Shown here: positions 39,045 through 50,649 of the stretch, piece after piece
Layout: each line of letters begins with the position of its first letter
Numbering within the stretch: position 1 is the first letter of the stretch
NCBI RefSeq assembly: GCF_963921235.1
Contig: NC_086108.1
Location: 70,558,001-70,622,000, forward strand
Source of the DNA: Mobula hypostoma
Lineage: Eukaryota
Direction of reading: 5' to 3'
DNA length: 64,000 nt
Program-made: the position numbers and the translations under genes
Notes under the pieces: generated by a model
Seen by the model: the letters and a program-made list of their open reading frames with translations, nothing else
Told to the model about the DNA's origin: nothing
The model's database searches: none

Positions 39045-39183
39045 AATGGCATGATGGTAGCATTGTCAGGACAAACATGATGGAACTGGACAAATTAGGA
39101 GAATGGTTTCCCAAACAAATGCAAATTCATTGTTACCTCCTTCATTTTGGACAATCTTTCATGTGAAGTCCAATTTTCTCCAC
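39045..39183 (-). repeat. partial duplicate of the TUT4 zinc-knuckle-2 exon 3' end plus donor and intron
   Basis: 38/41 nt identical to the last 41 nt of exon 37729-37844; donor AG|gtaacaat kept; intron similarity continues (aatggcatga at 39045 vs 37661). Confidence 0.9.
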
Positions 39184-39453
39184 CTGGAAATATTTACTCA
39201 ATTTCTATCCAATCAAGCTTTCCCACAACATTTAAAGCCCTAGATCAGATCACCTCAGCCTTCTCATAATAAAACATCTCTGAATCAATTTAGTAAACAC
39301 AGTTAGAAACAGTTATACCTTAAAATTAAATTGGCACATAATAAAATGTGTTATTGTAGCAATGCAAGGTGTGGCTCTTGGAAAACTATTTAGGAAATTA
39401 AAAGTGCAGCTAAAGTATCATTTTAAACAAAAGTAAAATAATAGTAAGTATAC

Positions 39454-39536
39454 CGTTTCCATGCCAGAACGTGGAAATACAGGAGTCCCAAATAATTTGC
39501 GTCCATTTATAAAAGCTTTCATTATAAAGTTGGTCA
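39454..39536 (-). CDS. TUT4: TUT4 exon (83 nt)
   Basis: gcag|TG...ACG|gtatac; MTNFIMKAFINGRKLFGTPVFPRSGMET. Confidence 0.95.
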
Positions 39537-39632
39537 CTGCAAGAAAAAAAAACAATTATCTGCATTAAAGCTACATCTATACTTTTGATGCAAGTGAATA
39601 TTTGTAAAAAGCTTAACTGAAAGAGGACATAC

Positions 39633-39680
39633 TTTTCCTTGAGACTCCAGCACCAAGATTGTGATTCAAGTCAAAGGGAT
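39633..39680 (-). CDS. TUT4: TUT4 exon (48 nt), nucleotide-recognition motif
   Basis: ctag|AT...AAAA|gtatgt; DPFDLNHNLGAGVSRK, including the UTP-specificity histidine of TUT4/7-type enzymes. Confidence 0.96.
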
Positions 39681-41963
39681 CTAGAAAACAAAGTCCAGCA
39701 TCATTGAATCTTGTTAGGGTTTAAAGTGTCACTGACTTTCTTCATTCATTCATTCATTTTGCCGTCATAGAATTATTAGAAATAATAACAAGCTTAGATT
39801 TAATGGTGAATTTAGATTCAATTTCAAGATCTCAGAATATTCCAACAGTTTTATAACTTATTGTTTCATCTTTTCATATTCCTTTCAGATGGTAATGAAC
39901 AATGTGACACTGCCTATATAATCAGCTGCTTACAGGCAAAATACAATTTTGTTTTATCTGCAGTGAATAGATGGGAAACTAAAAGCTTGTAGGAAACACC
40001 ATAAATTTACTGATTATAATACAAGGCCAAAAATGGAAGATCACAGAATTTCAGGTTGCTTCATTACAATTACGCAAAAAAATTATTATTTAAGAGGAAA
40101 AACATAGAAACAAAGAAAACCTACAGCACAATACAGACCCTTCAGCCCACAAAGTTGTGCCTAACATGTCCCTACCTTAGAAATTACTAGGCTTACCTAT
40201 AGTCCTCTATTTTTCTAAGCTCCAAAAGTCTCTTAAAAGACCCTATCGTATCCACCTCCACCACCATTGCCAGCAACCCATACCACGCACTTATCACTCT
40301 CTGAGTAAAAAACTTACCCCTGACATCTCCTCTGTACCTATCACCAGCACCTTAAACCTGTGTCCTCTTGTGGCAACCATTTCAGCCCTGGGAAAAAGCC
40401 TCTGACTATCCACACGATCAATGCTTCTTATCATTTTATACACCTCTATCAGGTCACCTCTCATCCTCCATTGCTCCAAGGAGAAAAGGCCATGTTCACT
40501 CAACCTGTTCTCATAAGGCACGCTCCCCAATCCAGGCAACATCCTTGTAAATCTCCTCTGCACCCTTTTTATGGCTTCCATATCCTTCCAGTAGTGAGGC
40601 GACCAGAACTGAGCACAGTACTCCAAGTGGGGTCTGACCAGGGTCCTATATAGCTGCAACATTACCTCTCGGCTCCTAAATTCAATTCCACGATCGATGA
40701 AGGCCAATGCACCATACGTCTCTTCTTAACCACAGAGTCAACCTGCGCAGCAGCTTTGAGCGTCCTGTGGACTTGGACCCCAAGATCTCTTTGATTCTCC
40801 ACACTGCCAAGAGTCTTGCCATTAATACTGTATTCTGCCATCATATCTGACCTACCAAAATGAACCACTTCACACTTATCTGGGTTGAAATCCATCTGCC
40901 ACTTCTCAGCCCAGTTTTGCATCCTATCAATGTCCTGCTGTAACCTCTGACAGCCCTCCATACTATCCACAACACCTCCAACTTTGGTGTCATCAGCAAA
41001 CTTACTAACCCATCCCTCCACTTCCTTATCCAGGTCATTTATAAAAATCATTAAGAGTAAGGGTCCCAGAACAGATCCCGAGGCACACCACTGGTCACCG
41101 ACCTCCATGCAGAATATGACCCGTCTACAACCACTCTTTGCCTTCTGTGGGCAAGCCAGTTCTGGATCCACAAAGCAATGTCCCCTTGGATCCCATTCCT
41201 TCTTCCTTTCTCAATAAGCCTTGCATGGGGTACCTTATCAAATGGCTTGCTGAAATCCATATACACTACATCTACTGCTCTACCTTCATCAATGTGTTTA
41301 GTCACATCCTCAAGAAATTCAATCAGGCTCGTAAGGCACAACCTGCCCTTGACAAAGCCATGCTGACCATTCCTAATCATATTATACCTCTCCAAATGTT
41401 CATAAATCCTGCCTCTCAGGATCTTCTCCATCAACTTACCAACCAGTGAGGTAAGACTCATGGTCTATAATTTCCTGCGCTATCTCTACTCCCTTTCCTG
41501 AATAAAGGAACAACATCCGAAACCCTCCAATCCTCCAGAACCTCTCCCGTCCTCATTGATGATGCAAAGATTATCGCCAGAGGCTCAGCAATCTCCTCCC
41601 TTGCCTCCCACAGTAGCCTGGAGCACATCTCATCCGGTCCCAGCAACTTACTAACTTGATGCTTTCCAAAAGCTCCAGCACATCTTCTTTCTTAATATCT
41701 ACATGCTCAAGCTTTTCAGTCTGCTACAAGTCATCACTGCAATCACCAAGATCCTTTTCCATAGTGAATACTGAAGTAAAGTATTCATTAAGTACCTCTG
41801 CTATTTCCTCCGGTTCCATAAATACTTTCCCCCTGTCATACTTGATAGGTCCTATTCTTTCACGTCTTATCCTCTTGTTCTTCACATACTTGTAGAATAG
41901 CTTGGGGTTTTCCTTAATCCTGCCTGCCTAATTTCCTTCTTAAGCTCCTTCCTATTAGCCTTA

Positions 41964-42243
41964 GTTAGAAGAGACATGATGAACTTGGGCGCTGCACCGT
42001 GTGCCTGGACCTGCCCAAGGCCTCCGCCTAAGGAAGGGCCGAGCTCGAAGAAGCGGCTGCAGCTGGAAGCTGACACGGCCTCGGGCTTGAGTTCGGTGGG
42101 GGCAGCAGCAGACGGTGCCAAGGTGGCCAGCGAGAACAAGCTGGAGGAGAGGCTGCACTCAGTGCTGTCACAAGATTGAAGAAGATGGAGGTGCATAGCC
42201 ACCAACCCCAGATTTGGGATGGCACCCACAGACTGACTGACTG
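41964..42243 (+). mobile_element. 5'-truncated RTE-like LINE 3' stub with (GACT)n tail, carrying the ZFTRAF1 fragment
   Basis: 10-bp TSD attagcctta (41954-41963 and 42244-42253); flanks read VRRDMMNLG...QD*RRWRC, like an RTE ORF end; tail gactgactgactg. Confidence 0.7.
41991..42168 (+). pseudogene. ZFTRAF1: circularly permuted fragment of ZFTRAF1/CYHR1 coding sequence
   Basis: GC-rich island; 42031-42168 encodes EGPSSKKRLQLEAD...ENKLEERLHSVL and 41991-42030 encodes [11 protein letters not shown]; the native protein order is KLEERL(Y/H)[18 protein letters not shown]. Confidence 0.85.
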
Positions 42244-44335
42244 ATTAGCCTTATAATCTTCTAGATCTCTAACATTACCTAGTTCTCTGAACCTTTTGTA
42301 AGCTTTTCTTTTCTTCTTGACTAGATTTATTACAACCTTTGTAGACCATGGTTCCTGTATCCTACCATAATTTCCGTCTCATTGGAATGTACCTATGCAG
42401 AACTCCGCACAAATATCCCCTGAACATTTGCCACATTTCTTCCGTACTTTTCCCTGAGAACACCTGTTTCCAATTTAAGCTTCCAATTTCCTACCTGATA
42501 GCCTCAAAATTCTCCTTACTCCAATTAAACGCTTTTCTAACTTGTCTGTTCCTATCTCTCTCCAATGTTACTGTAAAGGAGATAGAATTATGATCACCAT
42601 CTCCAAAATGCTCTCCCACTGAGAGATCTGACACCTGACCAGGGTCATTTCCCAATACCAAATCAAGTACAGCCTCTCCTCTTGTAGGCTTATCTACATA
42701 AATCTAAACCCCTTGCTCTAGAGAGATGCCAATCGATATTTGGGAAATTAAAATCTCCCATCACGACAATTCTGTTATTATTGCATCTTTCCAGGATCTG
42801 TTTCCCTATCTGCTCCTTGATATCCCTGTTACTATTGGGCGGCCTATAAAAAACACCCAGTAAAGTTATTGACCCCTTCCTGTTCCTAACCTCCACCCAC
42901 AGACTCCGTAGACAATCCCTCCATGGTGTCCACCTTTTCTGCAGCCGTGACACTATCTCTGATCAACAGTGCCACGCCCCACCTCTTTTGCTTCCCTCCC
43001 TGTCCTTTCTGAAACATCTAAAACCCGGCACCTGAAGTAACCATTCCCGTCCCTGAGCCATCCAAGTCTCTGTAATGGCCACAATATCATAGCTCCAAGT
43101 ACTGATCCACGCTCTAAGCTCATCGGCTTTGTTCACAACACTCCTTGTGTTAAAATAGATACATCTCAAACCTTCGGTCTGAACACATCCCTTCTCTATC
43201 ACCTGCCTATTCTCCCTCTCGCACTGTCTTCAAACTTTCTCTATTTGTGAGCCAACCTCCTCTTCCCCAGTGTCTTCAGTTCAGTTCCCACACCCCAACA
43301 ATTCTGGTTTAAATTCTCCCCAGTAGCCTTAGCAAACCTCCCTGCCAGGATATTGGTCCCCCTGGGATTCAAGTGCAATCCATCCTTTTTGTTCAGGTCA
43401 CACCTGCCCCAAAAGAGGTCCCAATGATCCAGAAATCTGAATCCCTGCAATTGTACATTTATTGTTCTGTACATTTCCGATGTTGGTCAGACTAACTGCA
43501 AAGGCAGAAAATAGAGGCCAGGCACTCATCCACAGGGAATGGGAAAATTAAGAGACAGATTACTTCAGAGAGCTTTCGTACATCAGCTGGTTTATATTGA
43601 GCTCAAAGACAACTTTCCCTCTTTCTGGATAGCGAATAGTTTGCAACATAGTGGTAAGAAGTCACATTGTGCCAGAAGGAAAATAAAATGTGGCAGATTT
43701 AGCTTGGTCAAACATTCCCAGGTGCTTCAGAGGTCTATTATTAAAACAACTTGGCATCAAGTCATACATTGGAGTAAATGGCCTACAGCTTAATTGAGAC
43801 ATAATGTTTTATGCAGATATGCAGGGACTTGAGTAATGAATGTTAGAGTTCAGGGCCTAATCAGATGAAGGAAGAACAAATAATACCAAAACAAATAAAA
43901 CCGAGAATGTAGAATTAGATGAGTACAGACGTTTTCGAGGGTTTTGGGCTACAGGAAATAGGCATGGTAAGGTCACGGGAGGAAACTGAAAATAAAGTAA
44001 CTAGTGCAACGTAAGTAAGAGTCAAGAGAAAGAAATAATTCAAAAAATTGTCATAGATGAAGTATTATAGGGGAAAGGTAATGAACAGACAGCAAGCACG
44101 CCAATGTTCCAATCTGGTCTACAAAGACAGTGATAATTTGTTACTGAGATTTATAAGGACAAAGCAAAAAAAATCAGCCTGCTTATATGTTCTGTGCAAA
44201 TAATAATTAAAACTGTTTTGTATTAAAGTACCATCTTTTGTCCTTATACAAAACATGAAAATCTGATGTTGTAAAAGAGACATACCAACAGAGGTAGATA
44301 AAGAATAAATGGATAAATGCATTAAAAATCCATAC

Positions 44336-44513
44336 CTTCTATTGCAATGCATTTTGATGTCCATTGCTTCTCAAATGTTGTTAGAAGTTTCTTCTGTCTA
44401 ATGCTAATGACATATTCCTTGAAATCAAATTCTTCAGTGTAAAACCGCAGAAGGCCTAACCAAAGTTCTCCCACTGATTCTTTGTTCTTCCCAAGTTCTG
44501 GCAGTCTTTTCTT
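44336..44513 (-). CDS. TUT4: TUT4 exon (178 nt), PAP-associated domain
   Basis: atag|AAG...GAAG|gtatgg; KKRLPELGKNKESVGELWLGLLRFYTEEFDFKEYVISIRQKKLLTTFEKQWTSKCIAIE. Confidence 0.97.
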
Positions 44514-45814
44514 CTATACCAAGAAAGATGAATATTTTAAAAGAAATTCAATGCTTGATTGTATAGAATATTAAGATGTGAAACAAGGCAATTCAGCAAA
44601 GATCTGGATGTTGTTGATAGAAGCTTCAAGTTTTTTTTTAAATATCAGCAAATGCAAGACTTTTGCACATGTCCTGAATTTATACAGCTGTAGTTGTCAC
44701 AACATATTTCAGTAAGTTCTAACACTGGACTCCAAGAAATCCAGTCTTTGCACTAAGGAATTCAACTGACAAATTCAGTATCAACAAAACTTGGCCAAGA
44801 CTGCAACTGTATTGATTTCAGAAATTTAGTTTAGTCTTTCCAATTAAATCATAAGACAATTTTAAAATGTCCAAGTTGTTGTAACATCCAGTTTATATTT
44901 TAATATATATATTTTAAAATTACATTTCTGATCCTTTTTAAATATCCCAAGGCATTCAGAAACATTAAAAGTTCCTGAAACTTATAAAAGTTGGCAAAGC
45001 TGTGTTTTATCAGTTGTGAAACCTGTTATAGGACTTACTCTTACAGCTTAATTTATCCCTTTAATAAACTCTTTGAGGTTCTCCACCACTCAGGCCTAAT
45101 CTTTGGGGTCCTAAGAGTTTGAATCTGTGAGATAGGTCTTCCTCATCTGTAATAAATAATTTCAGCTTCTGGATGACTACATTACTTGAAACTATTTTCC
45201 AATCTGGGATCTTTCACGATTGATAATGGCTATTAGGTTTTAATTCAGAAGGAAAGGGTAGTTCTTATTCATTTCTAGGAAAAGAATTGCTAACAACTTT
45301 AGCACAGGAAGAATCAGTGATCTCAAAAGATCTGATCTCTGGTGAACATAGAAACAAAGAAAAACTACAGCAAAATACAGGCCCTTCAGCCCACAATGCT
45401 GTGCCAAACATGTACTTACTTTAGAAATTGCATAGGGTTACCCATATCCCTCTATTTTTCTAAGCTACATGTACCTATCTAAGAGTCTGTTAAAAGACCC
45501 TATTGTATTCGCCTCCACCACTGTCGCTAGCATCCCATTCCACGCACTCACCACTCTCTGCGTAAAAAAACTTACCCCTGACATCTCCTTTGTACCTACT
45601 TCCAAGCACCTTAAGACTGTGCCCTCTCGTGATAGTCATTTCAGCTCTGGGAAAAAGTCTGACTATCCACATGATCAATGCCTCTCATCATCTTATACAG
45701 CTCTATCAGGTCACCTCTCATCCTCCGTTGCTCTAAGGAGAAAAGGCCGAGTTCACTCAACCTATTTTTATTTTCATAAGGCATGCTCACCAATCCAGGC
45801 AACATCCTTGTAAA

Positions 45815-46019
45815 GGAACACTCACAACACGCTGAAGGAACTCAGCAGGTCGGGCAGCATCCGTGGAAAAGATGGTCAACGTTTCGGGCCGGAACCCTTC
45901 GTCAGGACCCGGCCCGAAACGTCGACCACCTTTTCCAAGGATGCTGCCCGACCTGCTGAGTTCCTCCAGCGTGTTGTGAGTGTTGTTTTGACCCCAGCAT
46001 CTGCAGATTATTTTGTGTT
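45815..46019. mobile_element. palindromic Penelope pLTR fragment inserted in a CR1
   Basis: 14-bp TSD aacatccttgtaaa (45801-45814 and 46020-46033); 76-bp inverted arms 45817-45892 and 45909-45984. Confidence 0.88.
45874..45909 (-). ncRNA. minimal type-I hammerhead ribozyme motif, sense to the TUT4 pre-mRNA
   Basis: GGUC-CUGACGA-A-GGG(UUCCGG)CCC-GAAA-CGUU^GACC. Confidence 0.7.
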
Positions 46020-47488
46020 AACATCCTTGTAAATTTCCTCTGCACCCTTTTTATAGTTTCCACATCCTTCCTGTAGTGAGGCGACCAAATCTAAGCACAG
46101 TACTCCAAGTGGGGTCTGACCAGGGTCCTATCCAGCTATAAAATTACCTTTCGGCTCTTAAGCTCAATCCCACAATTGATGAAGGCCAATGCACCGTATG
46201 CCTTTTTAAACACAGAGTCAACCTGCGCAGCAGCTTTGAATGTCCTATGGACTTGGACCCCCAAGATCCCTCTGATCCTCCACACTGCCAAGAGTCTTAC
46301 CATTAATACTATATTCTGCCATCGTATTTGACCTACCAAAATGAACCACCTCATACTTATCTGGGTTGAACTCCATCTGCCACTTCTCAGCCCAGTTTTA
46401 CATCCTATCGATGTCCCACTGTAACCTCTGACAGCCCTCCACACTATCCTCAACACCCCCAACCTTTGTGTCATCAGCAAATTTACTAACCCATTCCTCC
46501 TCTTCCTCATTCAGGTCATTTATAAAAATCACGACGAGAAGGGGTCCCAGAACAGACCCCTGAGGCACACCACTGGTCACCGACCTCCATGCAGAATATG
46601 ACCCATCTACAATCACTCTTTGCCTCCTGTGAGCAAGCCAATTCTGGATCCACAAAGCAAGGTCCCCTTGGATCTCATGACTCCTTGAATACTGATGGAA
46701 GTCTGAGAAAATGGAACAAAAATCCAATGACAAAAGCTCAATATTTTGGATATAGGTATCTTTCCAAGGAACTGGAAGTTTTGAACCAAATTACTTCAAC
46801 AGCAGAGGTAGTTATATATAAGGAATTGTATGTTGCTCCAGATTTTAGCATCTGCAGTCTTTTGTGTCCTAAAGGAATTTAGCCTCTTTCTAAAGGCCAA
46901 CACTCTTATCCCAAGAATTAGTCTGGTGAATTTCCTTTGGACCACCTCCTTTTTTTAGTCAAGGGGACCGAAAGAATGTACTGTCCTCAAGGTGTGGCCT
47001 CACCAACACCTAATACAATTGTAACAAAACTTCCTAATAAATGACTCAAACCGCTTTGCCATAAGGAAGTTTTTGCCTTCTTAACTACTTGATTAACTAA
47101 ACATTTGTGATTCATGCACTGGGATACGTAAATCACTCCAAATGTCATTCATTTGTAGAATGAGAAGATAGATAATAAACCACCTTTTAATTCCTCTTAC
47201 CAAAGTGCATGATCTCACTGTAAACTCCACTGAAAGGGTGAGATAATACTTTTTACTTTATACACAGAAAAATGTTACAAGTACAACTAGAGTGTTGGAA
47301 GCAGAACCCAGGGAAATAAAAATGTTATGAGGAAAAGATAAAATAGATAGTTTTTCAGAAACATAACTTGGCAAATGACTATTCCCGGTACTTGTAAAAA
47401 TATTATTCATCTAAAAAAAATTTCCATAATGGAGGTACATTATCTTTAAGCTAAATTGTACACAGATATTTTAAAAATAACCGATTAC

Positions 47489-47566
47489 CAGTTCTTCAAT
47501 ATCGTCAAAGAAGAAGGCATTCCATCCATCTACCATTCTCTGTGGCATTTCTTTTCCATCAAAAAT
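47489..47566 (-). CDS. TUT4: TUT4 exon (78 nt)
   Basis: atag|ATT...CTG|gtaatc; IFDGKEMPQRMVDGWNAFFFDDIEEL. Confidence 0.96.
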
Positions 47567-48412
47567 CTATAATATACATAAGAAATTGACTTTTATGTTC
47601 AAGTTAGAAGAAAAAAGTACAGAACAATGGCAGCCCCAGTGGATTGGATGATAAACTTGATAAAATATCTGGCATATCTCATGTATTCATTAATTTCTTC
47701 CGTAATACCCATTTGTTACAAAAATAATTACAGACATTAGTGAAACTGTCTGTTGTTTGGTTGTTCTTTTGTATTCCTGTTTGCTATCACTACCTGCTAA
47801 AATATGTATTTTTCACAAACAGTAGCATGACGAGAGTGGAAGTCAAACAGATTCCAACTCTCAAGCAACTCTCACATACACATAGAACCAAACTACACAC
47901 TGCTCTGGAGGAGTAGCAGAGTGAACACTTCCCCACCCCCCCAATTTTTTCCCCTTCCTCTTTCATTATCACAGCATAGATGTTTAATCAAATTAAGGTA
48001 AAAGAATAGTCTGTAACTCAATTTTATTTTCAAGAAAACAAATGAGTACATATCAATGCAGGTGGAAAGCTTTCAATCAAGATAACCAAAAGATCATTAA
48101 ATCTTATATTAGGAATAAAGCAGGGAAAATCCCAAATCCCAATGGAACTGTTCATCTAAAGACATTCTGCTTGGATATTTGTATCATGGCAGGGCTCTAC
48201 TGTAGAACAAAAAGATCCAGGGGTACATATTTTAATCAGATTAAAGTAATAGAATTGCCTGTAACTGTAAAATTTACTTTCAAGAACCGAATGGATAACT
48301 GCATAATATTTGAAATATTATGAAGAAAAGCCTGCACCTTCTCCTATTTGTACCCGATTCAATTAACATTAAATTTGCTGAACTGAGGCTAATGCCACTA
48401 AACTAAAAGCTT

Positions 48413-49793
48413 TGTGCCTAAGAAGAACAACGTGGACTGCCTTAATGACTATTGCTCGGTAGCACTCACATCGACAGTGATGAAATGCTTTGAGAGGTTG
48501 GTCATGAGTAGACTGAACTCCTGCCTCAGAAAGGACCTGGACCCATTGCAATTTGCCTATTGCCACAATAGGTCAACGACAGACACAATGTCAATGGCTC
48601 TCCACATGGTTTTATACCACCTGGACAACACAAACACCTACATCAGGACGCTGTTCATCGACTATAGCTCAGCATTTAATACCATCATTCCCACAATCCT
48701 GATTGAGAAGTTGCAGAACCTGGGCATCTGTATCTCCCTCTGCAATTGGATCCTCGACTTCCTAACCGGAAGACCAAAATCTGTGTGGATTGGTGATAAC
48801 ATATCCTCCTCGCTGATGATCAACACTGGCGCACCTCAGGGGTGTGTGCTTAGCCCACTGCTCTACTCTCTATGTACACATGACTGTGTGGCTAGGCAGA
48901 GATTAAATACCCTCTATAAATTTGCTGACGATATAACCATTGTTGGTAGAACCTCAGGTGGTGACGAGAGGGTGTACAGGAGTGAGATATGCCAACTAGT
49001 GGAGTGGTGCTGCAGCAACAACCTGGCACTCAACATCAGTAAGATGAAAGAGCTGATTGTGGACTTCAGGAAGGGTAAGACAAAGGAACACATACCAATC
49101 CTCATAGAAGGATCAGAAGTGGAGAGAGTGAGCAGTTTCAAGTTCCTAGGTGTCAAGATCTCTGAGGATCTAACCTGGTCCCAACATACTGATGTAGTTA
49201 TAAAAGCAAGACAACGGCTATACTTTATTAGAAGATTGAAGAGATTTGGCTTATCAACAAGTACACTCAAAAACTTCTATAGTTGTACCGTGGAGAGCAT
49301 TCTGACAGGCTGCATCACTGTCTGGTATGGAGGGGCTACTACACAGGACTGAAAAGAAGCTGCAGAAGGTTGTAAGTCTAGTCAGTTCCGTCTTGGGTAT
49401 TAGCCTAAAAAGTACCCAGGACATCTTTAGGGAGCAGTGTCTCAGAAAGGCAGCGTCCATTATTAAGGACTTCCAGCACCCAGGGCATGCCCTTTTCTCA
49501 CTGTTACCATCAGGAAGGAGGTACAGAAGCCTGAAGGCACACACTCAGCGATTCAGGAACAACTTCTTCCCCCCTGCCATCTGATTCCTAAATAGACATT
49601 GAATCGTCGGACACTACCTCACTTTTTAAAAAATATACATATACCCTAGTTGTTTTACTTATTTAGTCATTATATTTATTTATTTATTAATTATATTTTT
49701 CTCTGCTAAATTATGTATTGTGTTGAACTGCTGCTGCTAAATTAACAAATTTCACGTCAGGCACCAATGATAACAAACCTGATTCTGATTCTG
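48413..49793 (+). mobile_element. Rex1/Babar LINE, 5'-truncated, with a 312-aa open RT remnant
   Basis: [40 protein letters not shown]; tail aaacctgattctgattctga. Confidence 0.92.
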
Positions 49794-49992
49794 AAATGAA
49801 TGCTTCCTAATTACTTTCATTTACCAGTTTAATGCATTACTAAGGGCCAGTGGAAGACATTTCTCTATAACAATCCAATTTTGTGGAGAAACCTAATGGG
49901 GTACAATTCCCCATTACAAACAGATACATTATTCTCTGCATACAATAGGAAAAAGTAAATCCCACTGGAATTTCTACTTGATCTAAAAACAA

Positions 49993-50200
49993 AGGCCAGC
50001 ACAACAGAGTAGCAGTTAGTGTGCTGCTTTACAGTGCCAGCTATAATCAGGTTCAATTCCACCGTTATCTATAAGGAGTTTGTACATTCTCCCCATGACC
50101 TCCAGGTGCTCCAGTTTCCTCCCACAAATTAGGGCTAGTAAATCGTGGGCGTACTGCATTAGCACTAGAAGCATGGTGACACTTGTAAGCTGCCTCTAGC
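49993..50200 (+). mobile_element. V-SINE/HE1-like SINE fragment
   Basis: ggttcaattcc B-box; ggagtttgtacattctcccc and ggtgctccagtttcctccca core. Confidence 0.65.
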
Positions 50201-50649
50201 ATATGTTGAAAATAAGGCTAGTCTGATCTTCTTTAAAAAGAATTTCACATAAAAATTCTACCTGTGTTTAACAATTTAATATTCAACTAAAATTTGTAAA
50301 TGAAGTCCAAGGAGCTGAGCTTGTTGTAATCATTCTGAAGTATTCCAGTAGTCCAGACAAACAGAGAGTGCACCACTTGAGAACAGTTTAAAAACAAATT
50401 GCAAATAAAATGATGGCATTAAAGAAAACACAACTGATTTGATTTGATCTGGGGCAGAACAAATGTGGATAAATTCAAGTATGTAATTTTCATGAGTAAA
50501 TATTAGAAAGTAAAGACAGAAATCAACATATATAATGGTTAAGACACCTGGCTGATAGTTGATCAAAAGTATTATGTGGACCATGCTGGAGGGAAGAAAA
50601 CAGAAGTAGATTTAAGGTCACTTCCATTCTGTATAACTCTATAACAAGC

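Larger units (their letters stand above)
40101..43448 (-). mobile_element. long CR1 LINE copy: ORF1 esterase end, ORF2 endonuclease and RT, frameshifted
   Basis: DGLHLNPRGTNILA (SGNH esterase), CIYFNTRSVVNKADEL...IVAITETW and MGDFNFPNIDW (APE endonuclease), SKFADDTKVGG (RT). Confidence 0.93.
45345..46690 (-). mobile_element. CR1 LINE 3' part
   Basis: VTSGVPQGSVLGPLL...SKFADDTKVGG; same 3' end as the 40101 copy. Confidence 0.9.

Noticed and set aside
39444..39453. Donor GTATACTTAC resembling a U12-type 5' splice site
   Set aside because: The U12 consensus is RTATCCTT; position +5 is A here and I saw no U12 branch site near the acceptor, so it is treated as U2.
48414..49352. 312-aa ORF as a host gene
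   Set aside because: It is a 5'-truncated Rex1/Babar reverse transcriptase remnant followed by a frameshift and the family's 3' tail.
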